Assembly (NCBI GenBank): GCA_963663545.1
Contig: OY760505.1
Span: forward strand, 1,312,001-1,376,000
DNA: 64,000 nt
Source of the DNA: Candidatus Delongbacteria bacterium
GTDB taxonomy: Bacteria > CAIWAD01
Direction: 5' to 3'
Positions 39,887 to 49,785 of the stretch are shown piece by piece (the stretch's first letter is position 1; the number at the start of each line of letters is the position of its first letter). Position numbers and translations under genes: made by a program. The notes below the pieces were generated by a model. The model worked only from the letters and a program-made list of their open reading frames with translations, was not told the origin of the DNA and did no database searches.

Positions 39887-40263
39887 TCTACCACCTCCGG
39901 GCGGTCGCGTATCACCTCAAGTGCCACCGGGATCTCCAGATCCCCGCAGAGTTCAAGAACGCGAGCGATATAGGCACCCGGCAGGTCCAGATCAACACGA
40001 AGTCTCACGCGCCCACGTTGTTCGGCCTTGGCCCGGCTGAGATACTCTCGTAGCGCCTCATCATCCGCTAGCTCTATCTTGTCTACACCACAGACAAAGC
40101 CACCGTCGTGCAGCGCGCCCACTACAGTCCAATCCTCGAAATCGGGCGGCACCAGCGGCAAATACTCCGCGTGCGGCAGCTGCATCTCAATCGCCCGGTC
40201 GATGTGGCTGATTGAAATGAATCCGAAGAGCAGGATCAGCACAATGTCGATTAGACGAAGCAT
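39883..40263 (-). CDS. ExbD/TolR-family protein
   Basis: RLIDIVLILLFGF (TM Asp), MQLP.A, V.LR.D..LP. Confidence 0.8.
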   Translation of the reverse strand: MLRLIDIVLILLFGFISISHIDRAIEMQLPHAEYLPLVPPDFEDWTVVGALHDGGFVCGVDKIELADDEALREYLSRAKAEQRGRVRLRVDLDLPGAYIARVLELCGDLEIPVALEVIRDRPEVVE

Positions 40264-40266
40264 GCG

Positions 40267-40956
40267 CTATGCCTCGAGTTGATTCAGCATGGCCTGGCGA
40301 ATTTCCACCAGCTTCTGGTACTGGCGATCCAGTTCACCATCAAAGTGATTACGCACCAGTGTCAACAGCAGATTGATGATCAAGCTGACGATGATACCCA
40401 GCAGCGTAGTAATGAGCGCAACACCCATGCCGTGCAGAATCTTGTCCTTGTCCAGGGTTCCGCCAAAGAAGGTCTGGAACATACCCAGCACCGTACCCAG
40501 CAGCCCCAGCGCGCCAGCACTGTCAGACAGAAACATCATCCAGTGGACGAAAGGCTTGAACCAGTCCTGGCGCACCATCATGAAGCGCTCAATGTTGGTA
40601 CCCAGGCTTTCGTAATTGCGAGTATTAGCGAACTGCACCAGCATGTCCCCGGCAGCGCGCGACAACTCACTCTCGGGCTGACGCCCCAGCTCTTTCTTCA
40701 GCTCATCCGGGGTGCGGCCGCGCACGTTCATCTGGAATGTACCCGCAGAGCGCGCTCTGTCGCCGCGCACGGTCAGGAATCGTTGTACGGCCAGCGCTAC
40801 ACCCACAAGCAGCAGGAGGTAAATCGGATAGCGAATCCAGCCACCCATGGCCAGAATGTCCAGCAGTGGTAGCGAAGTGGAGGCGCTCTCCTGCGCCAGC
40901 GCGGCGAGAGGCAACAATAGCAGGGCGCTTAAGCGGTACAGCGTAGACTTGCACAT
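40267..40956 (-). CDS. MotA/TolQ/ExbB proton channel protein
   Basis: GG..RYPI, A..LGLLGTVLGM..TF, GMGVALITTLLG. Confidence 0.85.
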   Translation of the reverse strand: MCKSTLYRLSALLLLPLAALAQESASTSLPLLDILAMGGWIRYPIYLLLLVGVALAVQRFLTVRGDRARSAGTFQMNVRGRTPDELKKELGRQPESELSRAAGDMLVQFANTRNYESLGTNIERFMMVRQDWFKPFVHWMMFLSDSAGALGLLGTVLGMFQTFFGGTLDKDKILHGMGVALITTLLGIIVSLIINLLLTLVRNHFDGELDRQYQKLVEIRQAMLNQLEA

Positions 40957-41052
40957 AACTCTATATCCTTTCGAACTCTATCTCCGTATCACGCCCGCAG
41001 CGAACCAAAAAGTTCCATTGGGCTGCAATCCTTCCTGACAGTGACCTCGCGG

Positions 41053-42732
41053 CTACTCGCCTAGCAGGATGTGAATTCCATCGGTTCCCTCTGGAGCCGG
41101 TTCCCCCGGATCCATGGCACGCAGCCAGGCGTGTCTCACACGCTTCATAACCTGCGCTTCAATCTGCCGTGATGCAAGCAGATGACGGTCATCGTCGTAG
41201 AGCTTGAGCTCAACAAGTACGGCTCCCAGTCCTGGCAACGCGCCACTTGTATCACGAACACCAAGCTTTAGACTCGCTGGCGGTGTTCCTCTGCCGCTTG
41301 TCCGCGAGCTAAAACCAGCACCATTTGACATGGTGGCTTCCCACATCGCGCACGCCTCTGCAAAGGACTCGGGCAAACTGATTTCGAGCTGCAAGCTATC
41401 TGGTACCGGCACCAAGGCACCGGACTGAGGTAGCTGATGCAGGCCGCCCACGCGTGCATCAACAGTTGTTCCTGCCAGCACGGCCACATCTTCGATTCGA
41501 ACCGTATTCTCGCCAGCATGTATCACGGGTATCACACCGCGCGTCTGCTGGAGTTCTTCCAATAAGCCCGCCAATCGGAAATACTCAGCCGAATACGTTC
41601 CGCGGACAAGCTCGCCCCCCTCTGGTGTTATCGCTTGACCGCGATCAAGCTGTGCAGCCAACAGGCTCTCAAGTGGAATCTGCGCCGCCAGACTGTCCGG
41701 TAGATGCAGGTGTAACTCAACCAACTCCAGGCTGTTGTCACGCAGGCCCATCAGCAACGGTGTTTCATAGGCCTTGGTTCGACGTCCAAAAAGCCCCGCC
41801 AGCATGTTTTGTGTCACAGGCCTGCTCTGTACGCCGCTCGGCAGCAGCCAGTCACCCAAGCTGACACTATAGCTGATGCGATGGCTTCCCGTCGACTGCT
41901 CCGCCAGATCACCGAGCGGTAGCAGATACTCGTAGCTCACACGGTGCATCTTCTCGAAGGTGTACGCACATGAGAAGCCAAGTGCTTCGTGTCGATAGCG
42001 TACCCCGGCCTCAAGCTCCGGCAGCAAGTGTCCGTCCAAATACAAACTGGGCGAAAGCTCTGCGGCGAGTGCGCTTCCGGCGCTGCCATCGGCTTCGATG
42101 TAATCCAGATTGTCCACCGCAAGGCCAAACGCAACCTCACGCCCCCGCCACTCGACTCCCGCATAAGAACGAATGGGAGCGCGTGTATCACTGCCATTCA
42201 AACTCAGGCTGGGGCGATTAAGATGGCGGAGGGCGAGAGCCATATGCAGGCCGGGTAGCGGAGCGTAGAAACAGCCGACTCCCACAACCGGCTGCACACG
42301 TGAGCTACCGTCCCTGAAAACGGGATCTGCGCCCAGATCGCCATGTATCACACTGGAGTTCCAGCCGAAACGGTACATGCCGCCCTCGATACCAACAGAG
42401 AAGCCGGTGAGCGGCTGCCAGGCCCATTGCAAAGAAGCCTCAACTTCCTGTAACAAGTCTGTATCACGCATCCGCCCCTGCATTGCCAGATTCCATCGCG
42501 GCAACGTAAAGGCAAAGCCTCCTTGACCAAAGGCGGCAGGGCTATCGGCGAGGCCCAAATGCAGTGCCTGCCAATCCGCCTGGAACGTGAGCGGCTGCCA
42601 GGCTGCGAGAGCCGGATTCAAGCGCAGAGCGTCGTTATCGTGAATCTGCGCGGGGTTGCCACTGAATGCCATCTCAGCATGCGCACCGTTTGTCAGGGCC
42701 AGTAAGGCAGTGAGCAGGAGGGTCTTTTTCAT
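41053..42732 (-). CDS. PorP/SprF-like outer-membrane beta-barrel with C-terminal extension
   Basis: Signal peptide; LNPA.A, DP.F, G.G..Y, HLNRP.LS, Y.Y..PL, GSH.IS; follows a type-B-CTD protein. Confidence 0.65.
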   Translation of the reverse strand: MKKTLLLTALLALTNGAHAEMAFSGNPAQIHDNDALRLNPALAAWQPLTFQADWQALHLGLADSPAAFGQGGFAFTLPRWNLAMQGRMRDTDLLQEVEASLQWAWQPLTGFSVGIEGGMYRFGWNSSVIHGDLGADPVFRDGSSRVQPVVGVGCFYAPLPGLHMALALRHLNRPSLSLNGSDTRAPIRSYAGVEWRGREVAFGLAVDNLDYIEADGSAGSALAAELSPSLYLDGHLLPELEAGVRYRHEALGFSCAYTFEKMHRVSYEYLLPLGDLAEQSTGSHRISYSVSLGDWLLPSGVQSRPVTQNMLAGLFGRRTKAYETPLLMGLRDNSLELVELHLHLPDSLAAQIPLESLLAAQLDRGQAITPEGGELVRGTYSAEYFRLAGLLEELQQTRGVIPVIHAGENTVRIEDVAVLAGTTVDARVGGLHQLPQSGALVPVPDSLQLEISLPESFAEACAMWEATMSNGAGFSSRTSGRGTPPASLKLGVRDTSGALPGLGAVLVELKLYDDDRHLLASRQIEAQVMKRVRHAWLRAMDPGEPAPEGTDGIHILLGE

Positions 42733-45700
42733 CGGGCCACCCCCACGGTGCCTCGTGCGAGCACCTGATTTCCATCATACATGATGTAGGGATACACGCC
42801 GGGAAGCACAGGATGTCCGTTCACTCGACCGTCCCAACTCCACACAAACGTGCCTGCAGGCAAAGTGGCTCTGATCAGGCGCTGACCGCTCAAATCGTAA
42901 AGCTCAACACGGTGCTGATCGCGTGCGGCGACCGAGCCGAAATCGAAAACACCCAGGTCGTTGGTGCCATCCCCATTGGGAGTGAAGATGCGCGGTCGCA
43001 CGGCATACTCGAAGGCCCGCACCGCAACCGTTCCTGAAATCAGGTTCCCTGTCAGTTCTTCGCGGCCACCGCTAACAAGCAATTCGGCCTGCCATTCAAC
43101 ACTTCCCTGACTGAGCGGCATGACAAGATAGACAGGGTCAAGGTCCAGACTCCCGGAAACGAGAAGCACCTGCCCCAGGTTGCGGTAGAACACTTGCGTT
43201 CCGTTCTGTGACACAGTCACGGCAAGCATTCCATTCCATGGTCCCTGCACAAGATCAATCGCCAGATCCAGCTCGAGCGTATCACCGAAGGTCAACGATT
43301 GCGGCAAGGAGTTCTGCAGCTCCAGTGCCAGATCGGCTTCAGCGGTGCGCAGAATGCAGCTTCCGCTGGCATCAAATGGCAATGAACCCATAGCTGTCAG
43401 CGACCATTCCAGGCTTCCGAATCGCAGACTGTCACCAGGCTCCACATCCCACTCAATGAGGGTGCTAGCTGTGGAAAGACCGCTGAAAGCTATCGCAGTC
43501 CCTTCCGAGTCATCGCCGGTGCGGACGATGGCACTACAGTTCAAGCCATGGGCATCGGGATCAAACACAGTGAAAGCCAACTGCGCTGTCCTACCCTCAA
43601 CGAATTCTTCAGGTGGTGATTCCTGTAGCACAGGGACATCGTCGACGGCTTGGATGAAAACGGCCAATGTATCACGGGTGAAATTGCCAGCGGCGTCACC
43701 TAGTCTCAATGCCAGGGCCAAGTCAGGATAGAGCTCGCTGTTTGCGTTTAGCGCAGGTGACAACTGCACGCGGAGATTCTCCACCTCACTGTAAACAAGC
43801 ACGTCTCCGGCGGCTTCTCCATTTGTGCCGACTACGTCTTCAATGGTGAGAATCAACGCCGATGCCGGATCATCATCATCGCCAATCAGAGAGCTGAAAT
43901 CAATTACCTGCGGAACATCCTCGAGCAGATCGGGCAGTTCGCCGGCAAACCACGGATCCTCGCATTGTATTACGCCCGTAAGAGGTAGCCCAAACGATGT
44001 ATCACCCGTTGGATTCACAATCTCCACAATCAAACTTCCGTTCACCTGAAGCGGCCGCTGGCTGTTGTCGAAAGGACAGAAGTACAAGGGCAGGTCCAGG
44101 CTTTGGCCAGGATACAAGATTGTCGTAGCCGCTGTGGTGCAGAACCCGGCCGCTGCATTCTCGCTCGTCGCGGTGATACCGAGCAGCTCCAGGCGTCCCT
44201 TGACCGTGGCCGGGCACGAGAGGCGAACCGTTGCCGTGGGACAATCTGGTTCACAGGCCCCTTCAGGCCAAACTTCACAAACAGGATCAAAAGCCACGTG
44301 ATCCGTCGACCAGACAAGGCCCGTTTCACCACCTGAAACCAACAATACAACCGAAGTATGGTTGATGCGCCCGCTGCCGGTCACCGTCCAATCCATGGTC
44401 AGAAGATCGGTGTAGATCGTATCCAGCTCTGCGTCGGCGGTGTAGCTGATCTCCAGCGAGGCCACTTCATCGGGCTCGAATGAGCTATCACTATAGGCAT
44501 CCCACTGCACCGGAGAATCCGCCGGAGCCGCATCAATGGTCAACTCAATGGGGGCCTCGGCGCCTTCGTTACGCACATAGAGTGTAACCGTCGATGTCTC
44601 ACCCGGCAATAGATGCTGCATCGCCAGGCTATCGGTGTACGCCAACTGTCGCGTTCCGATGACTTCATTGCAGACAAGGTGAACGCTGCCATCGTCCATC
44701 AGCACCACCAGATCCTGATCTCCGTCCAGGTTTGCATCACACAGGCGCAAATGCCTAACAGCACTACCACCCATGGATTCAGACGCAATCAACGTGTGCG
44801 AATCGCTGGACTGAGACGGGTCTGGAATGGAAAGCACGCCCCCGTCCGTGGCCAACAGAAGCTCGCCGCGCTGTCCACACTGTGCGTGATACACATTGTG
44901 ATCCAGACGCCAACTGCCGGGTTCCGGTGTATCACCATCCAGATCCTCAAGCAGACAGAACTCTCCGTCACTGTTGTAGAGCATAAGGTCGATGGCAGAG
45001 TCGCCGTAGTTGTTCCAGGCCAGCAGGCTCTGATAAACGTGCCCGCTGTGACGCCACTCAAGCAGCTCATCCAAGCTTTCACCGTCGTAGCCGTAGATGT
45101 GAAGCTGGTTGTAGGCGTCATCAAGTACAGCAATGATGTCCTGATAGGTCGTACCGTTAAAGCGGCGGCCAGGAAACTCGACAATAGACAACGGTGTCCC
45201 GAGGTCATCCAGCAATTCTACGCCGGAGCTCATGTCGATGCCGCTACAATCGTCGTAGGAGGGATATAGCATCAGGCTGCCACCGCGCGTCGCCACCAGC
45301 AGATCGTTGCAGAGATGGCCGCCAGAAGTGCCAACAGGCAGCATCAGCATGGGCGACATGGCAAAGGATTCGCCGCTGATCTGTTCGGGTTCAAACCACA
45401 GTGTATCACCGGATCCGCTGCGTCTGAAAATGGTTACGTGCTCATCCTGGCCTGTGCTGTAAAGCAAAATTTCCTGGCCCGCGCGACCGCTATACGAAGC
45501 ATTACGCGCCTCGCGAGTCTGCAAAGGGCGATCAAGATTGCGTACGCCAAGACTTTGTGATACAACGCCATCGTACAGTGGATCAAGTCCCAGCCAGATG
45601 ATGCGCTCGCGGGCAATCAGGGCCAGATCCAGGTCGCCGTCTCGATCAAGATCTGTTGGCAGCATGTCCAGTATCTCGTCATTGACGCCAAATAGACTGA

Positions 45701-46124
45701 GGTTGTAGCCTTCGCTTTCGGCCATCCAACCACAACCATCGCAAGCGTAGGTCCATTCGGCGTGAAGACGGGTGATCGTGCCGGGCGGGTCCAGATCGGG
45801 CGGGATGATCTCCAAGTGAATCTGCCCGCCGGGAGTCCATTCGTAGTTGTCCTGAAAAATCAGCAGAACCTGATCGTAGGGCTCCTCAAAACCTACCGGC
45901 ATCGGCGACGCATATAAGAGGCCGTGTTGCATGTCCCGCAATTCGTAGTGGGCCCCCAGCATTGCCAATTCCGCATCGTCGATAGGAGGATCGAAGTTGA
46001 GTGTGAGGTACTGCAAATCGCTCGAAAGTACCTCGCCTGATGCCGGCTCAACACTTACTTCTGCGCGCAGGTTCGCAGCCAACAGTAGCAGGGCGCTTGT
46101 ACACAGTCTATGCCATCTGCTCAT
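42729..46124 (-). CDS. Large secreted adhesin-like protein with FG-GAP/VCBS repeats and T9SS type B (CHU_C-like) C-terminal domain
   Basis: DLDRDGDLDL, DANLDGDQDL; Ig/cadherin-like segments; C-terminus PRIFTPNGDGTND...YDLSG...WDG...PGVY.Y...G.V.VAR. Confidence 0.8.
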   Translation of the reverse strand: MSRWHRLCTSALLLLAANLRAEVSVEPASGEVLSSDLQYLTLNFDPPIDDAELAMLGAHYELRDMQHGLLYASPMPVGFEEPYDQVLLIFQDNYEWTPGGQIHLEIIPPDLDPPGTITRLHAEWTYACDGCGWMAESEGYNLSLFGVNDEILDMLPTDLDRDGDLDLALIARERIIWLGLDPLYDGVVSQSLGVRNLDRPLQTREARNASYSGRAGQEILLYSTGQDEHVTIFRRSGSGDTLWFEPEQISGESFAMSPMLMLPVGTSGGHLCNDLLVATRGGSLMLYPSYDDCSGIDMSSGVELLDDLGTPLSIVEFPGRRFNGTTYQDIIAVLDDAYNQLHIYGYDGESLDELLEWRHSGHVYQSLLAWNNYGDSAIDLMLYNSDGEFCLLEDLDGDTPEPGSWRLDHNVYHAQCGQRGELLLATDGGVLSIPDPSQSSDSHTLIASESMGGSAVRHLRLCDANLDGDQDLVVLMDDGSVHLVCNEVIGTRQLAYTDSLAMQHLLPGETSTVTLYVRNEGAEAPIELTIDAAPADSPVQWDAYSDSSFEPDEVASLEISYTADAELDTIYTDLLTMDWTVTGSGRINHTSVVLLVSGGETGLVWSTDHVAFDPVCEVWPEGACEPDCPTATVRLSCPATVKGRLELLGITATSENAAAGFCTTAATTILYPGQSLDLPLYFCPFDNSQRPLQVNGSLIVEIVNPTGDTSFGLPLTGVIQCEDPWFAGELPDLLEDVPQVIDFSSLIGDDDDPASALILTIEDVVGTNGEAAGDVLVYSEVENLRVQLSPALNANSELYPDLALALRLGDAAGNFTRDTLAVFIQAVDDVPVLQESPPEEFVEGRTAQLAFTVFDPDAHGLNCSAIVRTGDDSEGTAIAFSGLSTASTLIEWDVEPGDSLRFGSLEWSLTAMGSLPFDASGSCILRTAEADLALELQNSLPQSLTFGDTLELDLAIDLVQGPWNGMLAVTVSQNGTQVFYRNLGQVLLVSGSLDLDPVYLVMPLSQGSVEWQAELLVSGGREELTGNLISGTVAVRAFEYAVRPRIFTPNGDGTNDLGVFDFGSVAARDQHRVELYDLSGQRLIRATLPAGTFVWSWDGRVNGHPVLPGVYPYIMYDGNQVLARGTVGVAR

Positions 46125-46996
46125 CGCATTCTCCCGCTACCCGCTTCCTCTACTTCCGAACCAACACGCTTCAGCCAGTTGATCCAACGGGCTGTATCAC
46201 GATAGCCTTCCGGCAATGCGCTGAAGCGCTTCAACGCCTCAGAACGGCGACCACTCTCAGCAAGCGCCATCGCAAACAAGTATTCCTCACCGCGCCCGTG
46301 CGGCGGCTCAAGCTCGTACTCTCGCCGCAGCCAAAACCACAACTCGGCTTCGGCCAACTGCTCGCGCTCCTTCCGGTCCAGCGGACCCACGCGCTTCAGC
46401 CAAAGTTCGCGCAGTTGCAATTGACAGGATGCGGAGCGTCCTGCCAGCTGCTGTAAGTGTCCAGCCTCCAACTCAAGACCGGGAGCCTGCATCGCCGCCA
46501 CAAGAGCCTGATTGCTGCCACCGTCGGCCGCCAGACGAAAACGCAGTTGTGGACGATGACTCAAGCGCAACAGTAAGCTGTCCGGCAAGGGCAAGTGCTC
46601 TCGCTCTCGCACCAACAGCCATTGTTCGGTCAAGGCTAAGGATACAGGCAGGGAGGCATCTGCCAGCGCGAACAGAGAATCCTGTTCTGCGGGCGCCTGA
46701 TCTCCTATCCAGTTGGCAAGAGGACGGCTCCAATCGGCGGGAAGCTGACCGGCCATGGTCTGAACAGCGGCCAGCAAATCGCCATCGTGCCACTGCAGCC
46801 ACGCCGACCGTAACTGTGGGTTCTGCCCATCCGGCGCAAGGTCCTGGTACTGGCGCGCCTGCTCCATGTGCCCCGTAAGCGCATACTCATCGGCTCCCGG
46901 ATGCAGAGCGGTGCAGCCCGTAATACACGCAAGTATCACAAGCAGGGCTACGATGATGTGTGGACGCTGTAGGCCATCCCTCATGAGCGGGCTCAT
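46121..46996 (-). CDS. Hypothetical helical lipoprotein
   Basis: Lipobox ITGC after a hydrophobic stretch; TPR-like C-terminus; 4-bp overlaps at both ends. Confidence 0.55.
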   Translation of the reverse strand: MSPLMRDGLQRPHIIVALLVILACITGCTALHPGADEYALTGHMEQARQYQDLAPDGQNPQLRSAWLQWHDGDLLAAVQTMAGQLPADWSRPLANWIGDQAPAEQDSLFALADASLPVSLALTEQWLLVREREHLPLPDSLLLRLSHRPQLRFRLAADGGSNQALVAAMQAPGLELEAGHLQQLAGRSASCQLQLRELWLKRVGPLDRKEREQLAEAELWFWLRREYELEPPHGRGEEYLFAMALAESGRRSEALKRFSALPEGYRDTARWINWLKRVGSEVEEAGSGRMR

Positions 46997-48924
46997 CCTT
47001 TTCCTTGCCCGGACAATACACGCAGACTATCGACGCGGCGAGTAACTCCCGCCTCATCCAAGGCCTCGAGGAAAGGTACCGAAAAGCGTCGCGGTGTGCC
47101 ATCCAGCGCTTTTCCCGCCTCAGAAACCGTAAACCCGCGCGGATCCTCTGCCACAATATCGGCCAATCGGCCCGGTGTCTGTTCCCAAGTCTGCCTACTT
47201 ACCCAGATCTCGGGAGTGATCTGCATCACATCGCCGCGCTGTCGGGCCAATGCGAGCAAACGTTTCAGCTCCGCCGCTGTACAGGGAAGCGCGCCAGCCA
47301 GCTCTGCAGGACGCGGAGGATGATACCCCGCCTCATCTATAATGTTGTGCAGGCGCAACAGCTGAGCCTCTAGAGCCGGTGAGAAATGCGCCGAGTGTCC
47401 ACGTATCGCCAGCAGCGCCCCACGTCGCTCGATTTTATCACCTCTGGTCAGGTCTTCCAGCAGGAAATCGAAGAGAATCTGCGCCGCATTACTGTAGCGG
47501 CCCTGTGTAAACTGCTCAGAGCGAAGCTGCGCAGCAGGCATCCCCTCCTGTTCTGGTTGCTCACGATGCCAGGCGACAAGACGCGCCAGCAACTCGGAAC
47601 GGATGCCCGCCAGGATCTCCCGGTCAAGATAAAAGCGTCGATTGCCAGCTGGCAGCAGCAGAATACGCTCCTGTACTAACAGAGCCTCCAAGCCGGGTTG
47701 CAGCTCGTCGGCCTTGAGACCGGTGTGGGAAACCAGATCCTCTACGCTCCACAATGGCTTGCGCAGATCGGCGATCAATCCCGCCAATCGCTGTTCCAGT
47801 TCCTCGTCGGCAATGCGGCTCAAACGCTTGACGGCACCTTCGGCGCGACTACGACGGTGACGATGTGGTGCGGGATCAACAATCTCGCCTCCACCGATGG
47901 TCTGCTGCGGTGAATAACGTCGTATCACATAGCGATCGCCAACCAAAGCGGCTACCTGTGATTCAAGGCGGATCTGGACAAAGCCCTCGCTTCCCGGTGT
48001 AAGCTCTTCGTGATCCAGCAGACTGATTCTTCCCAATAGCTCAGAAGTGCCGATGTGTACACGAACGCGCTCTCGCTGGCGTATCACGGGTGAATTGGGC
48101 AACAGACGCAGCATGGCGTCAAGCATGTAGCTCGGATGTAACACGCCTGGAGTGCAGATGCAATCTCCGCGTGACACTTGTTCCAAATCAATGCCCTGCA
48201 AGTTGACAGCGGCCCGGTCGCCCATGTGGACTTCTTCCACACTATGGCCGTGTATCTGGAGACCACGTGCCCGGCAGCGCTGCCCGCCAGGAAGGATCTC
48301 AAGGTCTTCGCCCAGGCGCAGGCTTCCCGACAGGACAGTGCCGGTGACAACAGTGCCATGCCCGCGAATTTGAAAGGCACGATCAACGTACTCGCGAAAC
48401 ACGCCACGCGTGTCGGGCTTCTCCAGTGCATCAAGGCGCTTGAGTAAGTCGTCTTTCAAGGCATCGATGCCACGTCCCGACAACGAATCCACCACATGCA
48501 GCGGAGCGTTCTCTAAAAAGGATCCGCCAACAAATCCGCGCAGTTCCTCGGCAACAAGCTCCAACCAATCTTCATCGACCGTGTCGGCCTTCGTCAATAC
48601 AATCATGCCGTGTTTCACACCCAGCAGACGCAGAATGTCAAAGTGCTCGCGCGTTTGTGGCATCACGCCATCGTCAGCGGCAACGACCAGTAGCACATAG
48701 TCGACGGTAGCCACTCCGGTGACCATGTTTTTGATGAAGCGCTCGTGACCGGGAACATCGATGACGGTAATTCCATCACCTAGAAAGGCAAAGCCCAGAT
48801 CGATTGTAATCTGCCGCTCGCGCTCCTCTTTCAGCGTGTCCGTATCCTGTCCCGTCAGAGCTCGCACAAGCGCTGTTTTACCGTGGTCGATGTGTCCTGC
48901 GGTTCCGACAACGATGTGAGACAT
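46993..48924 (-). CDS. selB: Selenocysteine-specific elongation factor
   Basis: [60 protein letters not shown]-terminal winged helices. Confidence 0.95.
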   Translation of the reverse strand: MSHIVVGTAGHIDHGKTALVRALTGQDTDTLKEERERQITIDLGFAFLGDGITVIDVPGHERFIKNMVTGVATVDYVLLVVAADDGVMPQTREHFDILRLLGVKHGMIVLTKADTVDEDWLELVAEELRGFVGGSFLENAPLHVVDSLSGRGIDALKDDLLKRLDALEKPDTRGVFREYVDRAFQIRGHGTVVTGTVLSGSLRLGEDLEILPGGQRCRARGLQIHGHSVEEVHMGDRAAVNLQGIDLEQVSRGDCICTPGVLHPSYMLDAMLRLLPNSPVIRQRERVRVHIGTSELLGRISLLDHEELTPGSEGFVQIRLESQVAALVGDRYVIRRYSPQQTIGGGEIVDPAPHRHRRSRAEGAVKRLSRIADEELEQRLAGLIADLRKPLWSVEDLVSHTGLKADELQPGLEALLVQERILLLPAGNRRFYLDREILAGIRSELLARLVAWHREQPEQEGMPAAQLRSEQFTQGRYSNAAQILFDFLLEDLTRGDKIERRGALLAIRGHSAHFSPALEAQLLRLHNIIDEAGYHPPRPAELAGALPCTAAELKRLLALARQRGDVMQITPEIWVSRQTWEQTPGRLADIVAEDPRGFTVSEAGKALDGTPRRFSVPFLEALDEAGVTRRVDSLRVLSGQGKG

Positions 48925-48992
48925 GCGTAATCTCCTGGTGGCGTGATACAGCGAAATATTGGCTTCAACCGGAAAGCCTGCATTGGAATGTG

Positions 48993-49772
48993 TTACAGTC
49001 CGCGCTCACTACGGATGGCGGACCATGCTTCCTGCAAGCGTTTGAATTTCTGCTCCGCGAACTCGCGGTATTCCTCACCCAGGTGTGCTACACGATCCGG
49101 ATGGAATTTCTTTGCCAACTCGCGATAGGCGCTCTTCAACTCCTCATTACTAGCTGTTGCCGGGAGCCCTAATACTTGGTAATGGCCCGAGGCGTCAGCT
49201 GATGAAGCGGGTCTCGCGCCAGTGTGTGCTCGTGAGCCACTTGCACCGAAAACGCTGCGCATGTCGCTGTCACTGATTCCGAGCAAGGTCCCTATTTGAT
49301 GAATGGCCTGTGTTTCACTGGAACTCAACTCACCGTCAGCCAGAGCAATGCTGAAGAGCAAATGACAAATCTGCAATCGCTCCTCGTACGCCATGTTCTG
49401 TGCGATCTGTGTGCAAACAGAAGCGATATCGAAATGCTGATGCAGTATCTGCTTCAGCACAATCATCATATCCTGTGCATCATCGCTACTGAATGTGCGT
49501 GCTACAAATTCACGCACCTTCTGCACCTCCGCAGAACTGACGCGTCCGTCCGCACGTATCACATAGGCGCAAAGCGCCATCAAAGCAACCGCAAAATTCC
49601 CTGGTTGTGTCTGTGCCTGTTGATGCGAATGAAACTGTCGGCTGCCCGGCGCCGCTTGATTGTCAACCATACGATCAAAAGTGTTTCCCAGCACCCCGCC
49701 CAGCAGCGCTCCCAGGGGACCACCAAATGCCCAGCCAATTCCACCACCGATTATCTTGCCGGCCCACGCCAT
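48993..49772 (-). CDS. djlA: DjlA-like co-chaperone (TM anchor, TerB-like and J domains)
   Basis: GKIIGGGIGW..GGPLGA; ADG.V...E twice; J domain with HPD. Confidence 0.85.
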   Translation of the reverse strand: MAWAGKIIGGGIGWAFGGPLGALLGGVLGNTFDRMVDNQAAPGSRQFHSHQQAQTQPGNFAVALMALCAYVIRADGRVSSAEVQKVREFVARTFSSDDAQDMMIVLKQILHQHFDIASVCTQIAQNMAYEERLQICHLLFSIALADGELSSSETQAIHQIGTLLGISDSDMRSVFGASGSRAHTGARPASSADASGHYQVLGLPATASNEELKSAYRELAKKFHPDRVAHLGEEYREFAEQKFKRLQEAWSAIRSERGL

Positions 49773-49785
49773 GCTATTCTCCTCG

